NCBI GenBank assembly: GCA_001871165.1
Contig: MNUT01000002.1
Span: 1 to 52,102, forward strand
Direction of reading: 5' to 3'
Source: Candidatus Falkowbacteria bacterium CG1_02_37_21
GTDB lineage: Bacteria; Patescibacteriota; Patescibacteriia; Patescibacteriales; UBA12465
Length of the DNA: 52,102 nt
Under the pieces are notes generated by a model. It had not been told where the DNA came from. It did not search any database and saw only the letters and a program-made list of their open reading frames with translations. Both the position numbers and the translations under genes were made by a program. Shown here one piece after another: positions 18,542-28,748 of the stretch (the first letter of the stretch is position 1; each line of letters starts with the position of its first letter).

Positions 18542-18760
18542 ATGTTTTACACTCCAAAACAAATATTCAAAGACCATGATTATCATTCCTGGCTTAAGGA
18601 ACGAATCCAAAATCTAGAGACGGCTATTAGCGAAAATATGCCCTGTGATAGCACCGATGACATGGAACTTTTGAAAAGAAAATTAGCCTCATACCGACAA
18701 GTCGAGGCTGATTTAGCCAAACAATATGGAATACAAAACGAAATGGATAGTAACCGGTGA
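18542..18760 (+). CDS. Small coiled-coil hypothetical protein
   Basis: 72-aa ORF from ATG 18542, overlapping the rep start. Confidence 0.5.
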   Translation: MFYTPKQIFKDHDYHSWLKERIQNLETAISENMPCDSTDDMELLKRKLASYRQVEADLAKQYGIQNEMDSNR

Positions 18761-19418
18761 CCAGGTTGAAGTTTATAAAAATTCAGTCGGGATTAGGATT
18801 GGCAAACGCAAACATAAAAAGAAAAAGACGATTAAAAAAATAGTTAAAACTATCTCTAAAAAATTAAACGAATTTTCCGTTTACCGCACACGCCGAGCCA
18901 TTAAATGGCGCATTAATTCTAATCCCGATATGAATAAATTTTTAACCCTAACTTTTGCCGAAAATCTGACGGATCTCAAAAGTTGTAATGAAAAATTTAA
19001 AGCCTTTATTAGAAAATTAAAAACGATTAAAGAGAATTTGAAATATTTAGTCGTCCCGGAATTTCAGAAACGTGGTGCCGTTCATTATCACGCCTTGCTC
19101 AATCTTGACTACATCGACCAAAAACAATTAGCGGATTTATGGGGTCATGGATTTATTAAGATTAAAAATATTAAAGACGGAATTAATATGGGTTTATATG
19201 TTTCAAAATATATCGGCAAGGATTTAGAGGATGAACGATACTTCAATAACAAAAAATACTTCTGTTCTCGCAACTTAGACAAACCTATGATTTTTTATTC
19301 ACGAGATGAAATTGATAATTTTTTACAGCTTAATTCTTTGACCCCGACTTACGAAAAAACGTTTCAAAGCTATTATGGCTTGATAAATTATCAACTTTTC
19401 AAATTAGACAAAAAATAA
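18726..19418 (+). CDS. HUH rolling-circle replication initiator
   Basis: Motif I FLTLTF, motif II EFQKRGAVHYH, motif III YVSKY. Confidence 0.9.
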   Translation: MEYKTKWIVTGDQVEVYKNSVGIRIGKRKHKKKKTIKKIVKTISKKLNEFSVYRTRRAIKWRINSNPDMNKFLTLTFAENLTDLKSCNEKFKAFIRKLKTIKENLKYLVVPEFQKRGAVHYHALLNLDYIDQKQLADLWGHGFIKIKNIKDGINMGLYVSKYIGKDLEDERYFNNKKYFCSRNLDKPMIFYSRDEIDNFLQLNSLTPTYEKTFQSYYGLINYQLFKLDKK

Positions 19419-19492
19419 AATTGGTAATAGAGTAATACTGTGACTGGCGTAATCCCGTTTTACGTTCCTGTATTGCTCTTTAATAACTTAAT

Positions 19493-19690
19493 ATGTCAAT
19501 TGACCTAACTACAATTGAATTTCTAACTACTGAGCAATTAGCAGGTCTATTAAATATTTCTAAAACTTCTATATATCGTCTAATTGGAAATCGTTTAATT
19601 CCTTTCTACAAACTCGGCCACAATATACGCTTCAAAAAAGCTGATGTTTTGGATTACTTAGAAAAAAATTGTCTTAGGCCGATTTCATGA
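19493..19690 (+). CDS. Excisionase-like HTH protein
   Basis: FLTTEQLAGLLNISKTSIYRLI...IPFYKLG..IRF; immediately upstream of the integrase. Confidence 0.88.
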   Translation: MSIDLTTIEFLTTEQLAGLLNISKTSIYRLIGNRLIPFYKLGHNIRFKKADVLDYLEKNCLRPIS

Positions 19691-19701
19691 TTATATGATT
19701 T

Positions 19702-20871
19702 ATGAGTATCTATAAACGAAAAAATAAATGGTGGGTAGACTTTAGCTTTCAAAATAAACGCTATCGTTTCTGTAGTCCGGAAAATTCCGCTAGTGGTGCT
19801 AGAGCTTATGAGGGATTATTAAGACAAGGCCTATTAAAAGGAGAAAATATTTCTACCAAAATAGAGCCCTGTCCAGTTTTTTCAGCTTTCGCCGAAAAAT
19901 GGTTTATCAATTATGTTAAATCAAATAATAAGTTCTCTGAGTACTGCAATAAACAAAGCGTTTATAAAGTCCACCTTGAACCATTTTTTGGTAAATTAAG
20001 TCTTGATCAAATTACAGCTTATAAGATAGAAGAATTTAAGGCATTAAAGACCCAGTCTACTCTTGCCCCTAAAACTATCAATAAGATGCTCTCAACCCTC
20101 AGGAAAGCCTTAAATACGGCAGAGGAGTGGGGTTTACTAGTTTCTGTGCCCAAAATTAAGCTTCTAAAAGTACCACCTCAAAAATTTGATTATCTTTTAC
20201 CAGAAGAAGAAGACTTTCTACTAGAAAACACCGAAGGCATATGGCACAATATGATTCTATTAGCTCTTAAGACCGGATTAAGATTTGGCGAGATAATTGC
20301 TTTAAACTGGGAAGACATTGATTTCTCAAATAAACTCCTAACCGTTCGCCATTCCATTGTTCGAGGAATAATGGGAAGTCCAAAAAGTAACAAGATTAGA
20401 TATATTCCAATGACTGATTCTTTATTGGAAATGCTTTGGAATAAATCAAAAAATGAAGATTATATTTTTACTCTAGGAAACAATAAACCAATGAAGCAAA
20501 TTTATTGTTTAAAAAATATGACTCGCATTTGTAAGAAATTAAATATACGCAAAATAGGTTGGCACGTTTTACGCCATACTTTTGCTTCACGCCTAGCAAA
20601 CAACGGAGTTTCTATGAAAGTTATTCAAGAACTTTTAGGCCACTCCGATATTACCACGACAATGCGCTATGCTCATTTGTCGCCGATCACTCTTCGAGAA
20701 TCTATACGCACTTTAGATAATCGAAAAGCCATTGAATTAGAGATATGTCACAAAAATGTCACAAATGTCACAATCACTAATTTAAAAGAGACGGATTTAG
20801 CTCCGGTTAAATCTCAAATTTTCCCCGAAGATAAACAAAAACAGACATCTCTGTCTGTTAATGTTTTGTGA
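19702..20871 (+). CDS. Tyrosine recombinase/integrase
   Basis: Catalytic R (TGLRFGE), K (PKS), HVLRH, LGH, Y (TMRY); stop codon overlaps att. Confidence 0.96.
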   Translation: MSIYKRKNKWWVDFSFQNKRYRFCSPENSASGARAYEGLLRQGLLKGENISTKIEPCPVFSAFAEKWFINYVKSNNKFSEYCNKQSVYKVHLEPFFGKLSLDQITAYKIEEFKALKTQSTLAPKTINKMLSTLRKALNTAEEWGLLVSVPKIKLLKVPPQKFDYLLPEEEDFLLENTEGIWHNMILLALKTGLRFGEIIALNWEDIDFSNKLLTVRHSIVRGIMGSPKSNKIRYIPMTDSLLEMLWNKSKNEDYIFTLGNNKPMKQIYCLKNMTRICKKLNIRKIGWHVLRHTFASRLANNGVSMKVIQELLGHSDITTTMRYAHLSPITLRESIRTLDNRKAIELEICHKNVTNVTITNLKETDLAPVKSQIFPEDKQKQTSLSVNVL

Positions 20872-20890
20872 GCGGGTAACGGGAATCGAA
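20870..20890. repeat. att site within tRNA-Gly
   Basis: Identical to 13758-13778. Confidence 0.92.
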
Positions 20891-20942
20891 CCCGTCTCTT
20901 GAACTTGGCAAGCTCACATAATAACCACTATACGATACCCGC
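20871..20942 (-). tRNA. tRNA-Gly(GCC)
   Basis: Acceptor GCGGGTA/TACCCGC, anticodon loop TTGCCAA, T-loop TTCGATT. Confidence 0.95.
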
Positions 20943-20966
20943 AATTCTTCTGCTTTAAATCTAGCC

Positions 20967-21051
20967 TGGTGGTCCAGGTGGGAATCGAACCCACATGCCT
21001 GTTGGCACAACATTTTAAGTGTTGCGTGTATACCAGTTCCACCACTGGACC
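20967..21051 (-). tRNA. tRNA-Leu(TAA), CCA encoded
   Basis: Acceptor GGTCCAG/CTGGACC, loop CTTAAAA, long variable arm. Confidence 0.95.
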
Positions 21052-21071
21052 GTTTATCTTAGTATACTTTG

Positions 21072-21449
21072 TGGAGATGATGGGAATTGAACCCATGTCC
21101 AACCGGTTTCTGTAAATAAGTGTACAAAAGTAGTCCGTTTTGTTGTTTGACTAGTACCATAGGAAAACGAACGAAAAGCGATACTAGCGATCTTCCTATT
21201 GTTTCGAGATTAACCGGAAAGCGCGATTAAAGTCTAGTCTCATGATTATGACACCGAACGCCGCTTATGAAACCTGGGCGTCGTCGATGGTTGTGGCTAT
21301 ATTAAGCGACAACAGGAGCGTAGCTCGGAGTTAACCAAGTGAACGCTGTAGCCGATTTGGCATTTATGTTTTTTAGCCAGTTTTACGTGTTAGCTAAGCG
21401 CGTTTTGCTTATTTAGAGAAAGGTCCGGCTGTCGACGCCTGACATCCCC
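21072..21449 (-). ncRNA. ssrA: tmRNA
   Basis: 5' GGGGATG...TCGAC, 3' GGGTTCAATTCCCATCATCTCCA with G3-U70; tag frame 21361-21302; adjacent to smpB. Confidence 0.95.
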
Positions 21450-21454
21450 TATCT

Positions 21455-21919
21455 TTATCTCATCTGTCTCTTTGTCAAAGACCTTAGACTTCTATCTAAC
21501 TCTCTTTTCTTAATGCTCTCCCTTTTATCATACTTCTTTTTGCCGCGAGCAATGGCAAATTCCAGCTTCAGAAAACTATGCTTAGTATATATTTTGAGAG
21601 GTATCAGTGTCAAGCCTTCTCCCAGCTTCTTCCCTATTAATCGGTTAATCTCCTGACGGTGTAATAACAGTTTACGTTCTCGTGTCGGCTCCCAATCGCT
21701 AGGCGAGGCAGCACTTTTATAAGGTGAAATATAGGCGCTAAGGAGATATAACTCTACCTTGCCTTTATTGTTACGGGGACTAATAAAGCTACCTTTGAGA
21801 CTAATCTGACCGGCTTTAACCGCTTTAGTCTCATTTCCGGACAACACTAAACCCGCCTCATATCTGTCTAAGAGCTCATACTCAAAATTAGCTTTTCTGT
21901 TGTGCGCCAGTTGGGGCAT
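21455..21919 (-). CDS. smpB: SsrA-binding protein SmpB
   Basis: NRKANFEY..YEAGLVLSGNETK, RERKLLLH, GKKKYDKR. Confidence 0.97.
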   Translation of the reverse strand: MPQLAHNRKANFEYELLDRYEAGLVLSGNETKAVKAGQISLKGSFISPRNNKGKVELYLLSAYISPYKSAASPSDWEPTRERKLLLHRQEINRLIGKKLGEGLTLIPLKIYTKHSFLKLEFAIARGKKKYDKRESIKKRELDRSLRSLTKRQMR

Positions 21920-23198
21920 AATTCCATTCTTTTAATTTGGCTATCACCTGCTCATTGGTTAAAATATTGGCCAAGTAGCTGAAATAGCCGGGCTCATCAA
22001 ACATTTTTAAAATTTCTTCCCTACCGACATACTGTTTCTTTAATTCCTCAACTTTTTGTTTTACTTCATCATCACTAGGATTTATTTTTTCCAAAACCGC
22101 AATCTCTCTAATAACTAAAGCGGACTTCACACGCTTAATAGCATTAGGGGTAAGTTCCAACATTAACTGATCCTTAGTCTTTTTCAAATGTTGTAAATAA
22201 TCTTCAAACTTCCCTCCCTGACGGGTCACGTTCTGTTCCAGTTCCGCTAAAACATTTTTGGTTTCGCTGGTAATTAAATTCTCCGGCAAGTCACCAAATT
22301 TAGTATCTTCCACTATCTTACCAATCATTTCTGATTCATTCTTCAAGTTAAGAGAACGACTTTTTTCATTCAACATGCTCTCCTGCAAATTCTTTTTTAA
22401 ATCCGCCAAATCTTTCATCTGAAAGAAAGCTGCTAAAGTATCATCAAGTTTTGGGATAGTACGGCTATATACTTCTTTAACCTCTACTTTAAAATCAACC
22501 ATCTTGCCGGCCAAATTTTTTTGATGATGATCATCGGGATATGGTAAAGAAAATTCTCTCGTTTCGCCTTTCTTGGCACCCATTAACTTATCATCAAAAC
22601 CGGGTACAAAATAATCTTTACCGGTTAAGACAGCTAAGTCATGATGATGGCCATCTTCCACTTGGACCTTGTCTAAAAACAAGTGAACGTCAACGGTAAC
22701 CTTATCACCTTTTTCTATCGCTCTATCAACGACCGCTTCCGTAGCGCGCATCTCTCTTAATTCATCAACAGCTTTATCCAATTCTTTATCATCAATCTGA
22801 GCCTCTTCAGTCTTCAATTTTAAATCTTTATATTTTCCTAAAGCAATTTCCGGGACTAAAGAAACAATAACTTTGTATTCCAAAGGATTGTTCGGAGCTA
22901 ACTTGGTAATGTTAACTTGAGGCTGACCAATGGCCTGACGACCCATGGTATTTTTTTCAATCACTTCATCAATAGTTTTTCTAATCGCAATATTCGCGGC
23001 CGCCTCCAGAATACTCATCTCTCCCACTTTCTGTTTTAAAACGTCAAACGGCGCTTTACCTGGGCGAAAACCTTCAATTTTTACGGTTTTAGCTACTTCT
23101 TCCGCACCCTTAGTAATATAAGGGGCTAATTCTTCCGCAGTCAATTCCACGCTTAATTCTATCTGCGATTTTGGCAAATCTTTTTTATCTACTTTCAT
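21888..23198 (-). CDS. tig: Trigger factor
   Basis: GFRPGKAP signature; FKBP-like FVPGFDDKL. Confidence 0.96.
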   Translation of the reverse strand: MKVDKKDLPKSQIELSVELTAEELAPYITKGAEEVAKTVKIEGFRPGKAPFDVLKQKVGEMSILEAAANIAIRKTIDEVIEKNTMGRQAIGQPQVNITKLAPNNPLEYKVIVSLVPEIALGKYKDLKLKTEEAQIDDKELDKAVDELREMRATEAVVDRAIEKGDKVTVDVHLFLDKVQVEDGHHHDLAVLTGKDYFVPGFDDKLMGAKKGETREFSLPYPDDHHQKNLAGKMVDFKVEVKEVYSRTIPKLDDTLAAFFQMKDLADLKKNLQESMLNEKSRSLNLKNESEMIGKIVEDTKFGDLPENLITSETKNVLAELEQNVTRQGGKFEDYLQHLKKTKDQLMLELTPNAIKRVKSALVIREIAVLEKINPSDDEVKQKVEELKKQYVGREEILKMFDEPGYFSYLANILTNEQVIAKLKEWNYAPTGAQQKS

Positions 23199-23207
23199 AA
23201 ATTTTTA

Positions 23208-25217
23208 TTACATTAACAAGCCGACAATTAAAAGGGCGACGATATTCAGAACTTTAATCATAGGATTAATCGCCGGGCCGGCTGTGTCTTTATAAGGATC
23301 ACCAACAGTATCTCCGGTTACAGCCGCCTTATGAGCGTCTGAACCCTTACCGCCGTGATTACCGGCTTCAATGTGCTTCTTGGCATTGTCCCAAGCCCCA
23401 CCGCCGGAAGTCATAGAAATAGCGACAAAAATTCCTGTCACAATAGAACCAACCAATAATCCGCCGAGCGCTTCTAAACCGTGACCAGCGCCAAACAAAT
23501 TAAAACCGAAACCGACAATAATCGGAGCAACAACTGGAATTAAAGCCGGGATAATCATTTCTTTAATAGCCGCTTTAGTGACGATATCAACGGTACGACC
23601 ATAGTCCGGTTTTTCTGTGTTATTCATAATGCCCGGTTTTTCTTTAAACTGAGCACGCACATCTTCCACTACCGAACCGGCAGTACGTCCTACCGCTTTC
23701 ATAGCCATGGCTCCAAATAGATAAGGAAGTAAACCACCTAAGAAAAGACCGACTAAGACATAAGGATTATCAATTAAGAACTGAACCTGTCCGCCACCGT
23801 CTTTAATCTTAAAAGTAAAATCAGCGAAAAGTACTAAAGCCGCTAAAGCCGCCGAACCAATTGCGTAACCTTTAGTAACCGCTTTAGTAGTATTACCAAC
23901 CGCGTCTAAAGGATCAGTGACATTACGAACATCTTCTCCTAGTTCCGCCATCTCAGCGATACCACCGGCATTATCAGTAATCGGACCATAAGCATCAATA
24001 GTAACAATAATACCCGCCATAGATAACATGGCCATGGCTGCCACAGCAATACCATATAATCCGGCTAAAGAGAAAGCTCCTAAAATAGCTAAACAAATCA
24101 CAACCACCGGCCAAGCTGTAGATTTCATAGAAACCGCCAAACCAGCAATAACATTAGTACCGTGTCCGGTCGTTGAAGCTTCGGCAATTTCTTGGACCGG
24201 CTTATAAGCGGTAGAAGTGTAGTACTCAGTAATAATTACCAGGAGTCCGGTAACCGCTAAACCGATTAAGCTCGCCAAATAAATTTTCAAACTAATGTCG
24301 GCGCTAATCATATACTTCGTAATCGGATAAAAAGCGATAGCAGACAAAAGGCCGGCCGCAATTAAACCTTTATAAAGCGCGGCCATAATATTCTGACTTT
24401 TACCCAAACGAATAAAGAAGATACCAATTATAGAAGCGATGATAGAAGCCGCTCCCAGAACCAAAGGATATAAAACAATGTTTTCATTACCGACAAAAAC
24501 TAAACTACCAAGAACCATGGCGGCAATAGAAGTGACGGCATAAGTTTCAAATAAATCAGCCGCCATACCAGCACAGTCACCAACGTTATCGCCGACGTTA
24601 TCGGCAATCACCGCCGGGTTACGAGGATCATCTTCCGGAATATCAGCTTCAACCTTACCAACTAAATCCGCACCGACATCGGCCGCTTTGGTATAAATAC
24701 CACCACCTAAACGAGCAAAGATAGAAATAAGAGAACCACCAAAAGCAAAACCGATTAAAGCATGTAAGTCGTGAGTAATATAATAAAAAGAGGCAGTGCC
24801 CAGTAAAGCTAAACCGACTACCAATAAACCGGTCACACTTCCACCTTTAACCGCAACATTCAAAGCCTTACTTAAACCGCCTCGAGCCGCTTCCGTCGTT
24901 CTGACGTTAGCACGGACACTGACAAACATACCGATATAACCGGTTAAAGCCGAGAGAAGCGCGCCGCTTAAAAAGGCGAAGGCAGTTAACCAGCCGAGAG
25001 ATGGAATAAAAGCAATTATTAAAAACAAAACAACGGCCACAATAGCGACTGATTTATATTGTCTGTTTAAAAAAGCTTTCGCTCCCGCCTGAATCGCAGC
25101 AGCAATTTCCTTCATCTTGTCGTTCCCTTCCGGTAAACGCAAAATAGAAGTGATAACTATTACTCCATAAACTAGAGCTGCTAGCGCGCTAGCAAAAATA
25201 AATAAATTAGTATACAT
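23208..25217 (-). CDS. hppA: Membrane ion-translocating pyrophosphatase, K+-independent signature
   Basis: [26 protein letters not shown]; GNTTKA (Lys at the K+-dependence position). Confidence 0.95.
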   Translation of the reverse strand: MYTNLFIFASALAALVYGVIVITSILRLPEGNDKMKEIAAAIQAGAKAFLNRQYKSVAIVAVVLFLIIAFIPSLGWLTAFAFLSGALLSALTGYIGMFVSVRANVRTTEAARGGLSKALNVAVKGGSVTGLLVVGLALLGTASFYYITHDLHALIGFAFGGSLISIFARLGGGIYTKAADVGADLVGKVEADIPEDDPRNPAVIADNVGDNVGDCAGMAADLFETYAVTSIAAMVLGSLVFVGNENIVLYPLVLGAASIIASIIGIFFIRLGKSQNIMAALYKGLIAAGLLSAIAFYPITKYMISADISLKIYLASLIGLAVTGLLVIITEYYTSTAYKPVQEIAEASTTGHGTNVIAGLAVSMKSTAWPVVVICLAILGAFSLAGLYGIAVAAMAMLSMAGIIVTIDAYGPITDNAGGIAEMAELGEDVRNVTDPLDAVGNTTKAVTKGYAIGSAALAALVLFADFTFKIKDGGGQVQFLIDNPYVLVGLFLGGLLPYLFGAMAMKAVGRTAGSVVEDVRAQFKEKPGIMNNTEKPDYGRTVDIVTKAAIKEMIIPALIPVVAPIIVGFGFNLFGAGHGLEALGGLLVGSIVTGIFVAISMTSGGGAWDNAKKHIEAGNHGGKGSDAHKAAVTGDTVGDPYKDTAGPAINPMIKVLNIVALLIVGLLM

Positions 25218-25238
25218 ATTTTTAATTTATTTTAATTA

Positions 25239-26639
25239 TTATTTTTTAGATTTTTTAGCTTTTTTTGACTTCTCTTCTTTTTCTGGAGCTTCTTCCGAGG
25301 CTTCTTCCAAAGCAACCCCTTCTTCTACTATTACATTTTCTGCTGGCTCTATATCAGCTGAGACCACGACTTCTTCGCCGTCAGTCGCTACCCCCTCAAC
25401 TTCTCCCGCCTCATCACTACCGATAACCTTTTTTTCTCCTTCCGGGGTCGCCTCAATAATATCTATTTTCCAGCCAGTTAAGCGGGCGGCCAGACGAACG
25501 TTCTGTCCCGCCTTACCAATCGCTAGAGATAATTTATCTGAACTAACTTTAACAATCGCCTTATGCTCTACATTATCTAATTCAATGTCCATAACTTTAG
25601 CCGGAGCTAAAGCATTAGCGATAAACTTTTCTTGATTTTCACTATATTCAATAATATCAATTTTTTCTCCGCCTAGTTCAGTAATAATAGTCTGAACACG
25701 GCTACCGCGCTGACCGACGCAAGAACCGACCGGATCAACATTCTCAGCATCAGACCAAATAGCAACCTTAGCCCGAGAGCCAGCTTCCCGCGCGACTGCT
25801 TTAATTTCCACTAAACCATTAGCGATTTCCGGAATTTCCAGATAAAAAATCTTACGGAGAATTTCTTCGCTACGACGAGATAAGATAATCTCCGGACCTT
25901 TATGTCCTTCTCTAACTTCTTTGATAAATACTTTAATACGATCATTCGGATTATAGCGTTCGCTATAAATTTGTTCTTCCGAAGGCAAAAGGCCAATAGC
26001 TTTGCCTAAATCTACAAAGACTAAACGTCCTTCCCGTCTCTGAACAATACCGGAAACAACTTCCTTTTCCTTACCCTTAAATTCACTGAAGATCATATCA
26101 CGCTCCATCTCTCTGATTTTCTGAATAATAACTTGCTTGGCAGTTTGAGCGGCCATACGTCCATAACTTTCCGGAATAGGTAAATCGGTAACAATTTCTT
26201 CGCCCACCTGGGCATCATGTTTTAAAATCATAGCCTCCTTTAATTGCAAATCAGTTTTAGGGTTGAACTTTTTCTTCTCTTCCGTATCATTACCCTCTGT
26301 TCCACTCTTCGTGGCTTCCGCTACCGCCATCGCCGCCGCCATCCGAGCATTAACCTCACCTCGATCTTCTCGAGATAATTCTTTTTTATCGGGATTATAA
26401 AGATTATGTAACATTTCCGCTTCTTCCTCTTCCGGTAGATTATCTACCACCGTTTTCATATCAAAAATCTGCGACAAACCAGTTTCTGGATCAAATTTGA
26501 CCATGATATTCTGGTTTCGTTCACCATAATCTTTACGATAGGCCGCCGCTAAGGCGAGTTCTACCGCCGCAATTACCGGCTCATAACTTAAGTTTTTTTC
26601 TTCGCATAACTGCTTGATAGCAGAGCTTATTTCTGACAT
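25239..26639 (-). CDS. nusA: Transcription factor NusA
   Basis: GRMAAQTAKQV, AREAGSRAKVA, LAIGKAGQNVRLA. Confidence 0.97.
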   Translation of the reverse strand: MSEISSAIKQLCEEKNLSYEPVIAAVELALAAAYRKDYGERNQNIMVKFDPETGLSQIFDMKTVVDNLPEEEEAEMLHNLYNPDKKELSREDRGEVNARMAAAMAVAEATKSGTEGNDTEEKKKFNPKTDLQLKEAMILKHDAQVGEEIVTDLPIPESYGRMAAQTAKQVIIQKIREMERDMIFSEFKGKEKEVVSGIVQRREGRLVFVDLGKAIGLLPSEEQIYSERYNPNDRIKVFIKEVREGHKGPEIILSRRSEEILRKIFYLEIPEIANGLVEIKAVAREAGSRAKVAIWSDAENVDPVGSCVGQRGSRVQTIITELGGEKIDIIEYSENQEKFIANALAPAKVMDIELDNVEHKAIVKVSSDKLSLAIGKAGQNVRLAARLTGWKIDIIEATPEGEKKVIGSDEAGEVEGVATDGEEVVVSADIEPAENVIVEEGVALEEASEEAPEKEEKSKKAKKSKK

Positions 26640-26769
26640 ATTTTTACTATTTTTAGCTATTTAAGACAAAAAGCTAATTGTGATTAACAACTAGCTTTCT
26701 ATATACTATGATAGCACTCCGGGTATTTCTGTCAAATTGACTGACAGCCAGACCATAGAGATAAAAGAT

Positions 26770-27207
26770 TTAATAACTAGGATAAAATTGATAACCAGGC
26801 ATTCCGTTAACTGTTTGACTCATCACAATAACGGAATAACGTGTCAGAATCCAGGCCACTAACACGATTACCAAACCAATAATAGCATTACGTAACATAG
26901 ACATAGCTTCTTTAGTTTTTTCTTCATTTCCTCTAGAAGTCATATACTGGAAACCGGCTACTACTGCGATAATTAAAAATATAATACCCAAGAAGCCCAA
27001 AGCGACATTAATAACTCTCGCCATAGTAAAACGAATGTCATCGGGGGTATCACTACTGCCAAAAGCAATCTGGCCTATTTCAGCCCAACCGGCTTGAGAA
27101 TCAACTAAATCTGGATTAGCCTGAGCTGGCAGAGAAAAACTTATCGTCGCGAGAGAAAAAATAGCCAATAAAACAAAGGAGAAGAGACGCTTTTTAGTAA
27201 TGCTCAT
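26770..27207 (-). CDS. Pilin-like membrane protein (TrbC/VirB2-like, CPR type)
   Basis: Signal peptide; INVALGFLGII...AGFQYMTSRGNEEK...LRNAIIGLVIV; ATG 27207 lies 7 nt after TACAAT. Confidence 0.8.
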   Translation of the reverse strand: MSITKKRLFSFVLLAIFSLATISFSLPAQANPDLVDSQAGWAEIGQIAFGSSDTPDDIRFTMARVINVALGFLGIIFLIIAVVAGFQYMTSRGNEEKTKEAMSMLRNAIIGLVIVLVAWILTRYSVIVMSQTVNGMPGYQFYPSY

Positions 27208-27273
27208 ATTAATATTGTATGATATAATAATCTTAGCTTCAATTATATAAAAATCCCCATAAAAACACAAGAA

Positions 27274-28746
27274 ATGAGTCTAGCAAAAAAGGTGGCGCGT
27301 AATATAATTGTTCAAGTAGGCGGTAAAATTATCTCCGTCATTTTGGGTTTATGGTCTTTAGTACTTATAACCCGTCTGCTCGGTCCAGATGGATTTGGTG
27401 AATACACTACTATAATGACCTACCTTTCTTTTTTTGCAGTCATCGCTGACCTGGGTCTAACTTTAGTGACAGTACAAATGGTTTCCGGTCGCGATAATGA
27501 TGAAAATAAAATCCTTAATAATTTATTCGGACTACGTTTAGTTTCTATTATTTTACTTCTAGCCTGGGCGCCAATAATAATAATTTGGCTCCCTTATAGT
27601 CAGGCCATAAAAATTGGAGTGGCTATTTCTCTCGCGGCTTTTTTCTTCCCCGCTTTGAATCAAATCATTGTTGGTTTTTTTCAAAAAAGGTTAAGCATGG
27701 ATCGCGATGCTATTGCTGAAGTTATTAGCCGGATAGTATTAGTCATCGGCATCGTGTGGGCTAACAATAAAAACGCCGGTTTAAACGGCGTCTTAATTGC
27801 CACAGTCTTGTCAGCGGCGGCAAATTTTATCGCCCATTATCTTTTTGCCTGTCAATTTACTATTATCAAACCGGAATTTGACTGGAGTATTTGGAGAAAA
27901 ATAATCACTCGCTCCTGGCCTCTCACTATCACTATTATCTTAAATTTAATTTATCTACGCGCTGATACTTTAATTCTCTCTTTACTGCGGAGCTCAGCTG
28001 AAGTTGGTCTTTATGGTGCTACTTATAAAATAGTGGATGTTCTCACCACTTTTCCCTTTATGTTCGCCGGCTTAATCCTGCCGATTTTAACGGCCGCTTG
28101 GTTAGAAAAAAAACCGGACTACTTTAATCATGTCCTACAAAAATCTCTTGATTTTATGATCATGATAGCTATCCCTCTGGCTGTTGGCACTCAATTTCTG
28201 GGCCAACCGGTAATGCTATTTATCGCCGGACGCGATTTTGCTCCCGCCGGACAAATTTTACAGGTTTTAATTTTTTCTGTTGTGGCAATTTTTTTCGGAA
28301 CTATGTTTTCTCATGCCGTTATTGCTTTAGACCAACAAAAGAAAATGATTATCCCTTATATCTTTACAGGCTTAAGCGCCCTCGCCGCTTATTTAATTTT
28401 TATTCCTCAATTTTCTTATTTCGGCGCGGCCGGAGTAACTATTTACAGCGAAATTGCCATAGCAATTTTTTCTACGCTATGCGTATTTAAATATAGTAAG
28501 TTTCGACCAAACTTTAAAATGTTCTTCCGTTCTATCGCCGCTAGCTTAATTATGGGGATTTTCCTGTACTTTTCTGCCAATACCTGGCAAACTACTTATC
28601 TATACTTAATTTTGCTTATCATTATATCTTCATTAATATACTTTATCGCCCTATACTTTCTGGGCGGAATCAAGAAATCTGACTTATCAATAATATTTAA
28701 ATCAAAAACTGGTGGTGGTCAGGCCTACGGTGGTACTAACTTATAA
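27274..28746 (+). CDS. Wzx-like polysaccharide flippase
   Basis: VARN..., RLLGPDGFGEY, DLGL, VGLYGATYK; many TM segments. Confidence 0.88.
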   Translation: MSLAKKVARNIIVQVGGKIISVILGLWSLVLITRLLGPDGFGEYTTIMTYLSFFAVIADLGLTLVTVQMVSGRDNDENKILNNLFGLRLVSIILLLAWAPIIIIWLPYSQAIKIGVAISLAAFFFPALNQIIVGFFQKRLSMDRDAIAEVISRIVLVIGIVWANNKNAGLNGVLIATVLSAAANFIAHYLFACQFTIIKPEFDWSIWRKIITRSWPLTITIILNLIYLRADTLILSLLRSSAEVGLYGATYKIVDVLTTFPFMFAGLILPILTAAWLEKKPDYFNHVLQKSLDFMIMIAIPLAVGTQFLGQPVMLFIAGRDFAPAGQILQVLIFSVVAIFFGTMFSHAVIALDQQKKMIIPYIFTGLSALAAYLIFIPQFSYFGAAGVTIYSEIAIAIFSTLCVFKYSKFRPNFKMFFRSIAASLIMGIFLYFSANTWQTTYLYLILLIIISSLIYFIALYFLGGIKKSDLSIIFKSKTGGGQAYGGTNL

Positions 28747-28748
28747 CT

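Larger units (their letters stand above)
13758..20890. mobile_element. 7.1-kb integrative element with rolling-circle Rep and R-M cargo, inserted in tRNA-Gly(GCC)
   Basis: 21-bp direct repeats, int next to the tRNA, xis, HUH Rep, GTCACA arm-type repeats near both ends. Confidence 0.92.

Noticed and set aside
13779-20869. GATC avoidance in the R-M-carrying element
   Set aside because: About a dozen GATC sites are visible, so there is no obvious depletion
13779-20869. Complete inovirus or other prophage
   Set aside because: No Zot-like ATPase, small TM coat proteins, capsid or terminase recognised
20914-21102. 62-aa minus-strand ORF
   Set aside because: Overlaps tRNA-Gly, tRNA-Leu and the tmRNA 3' end
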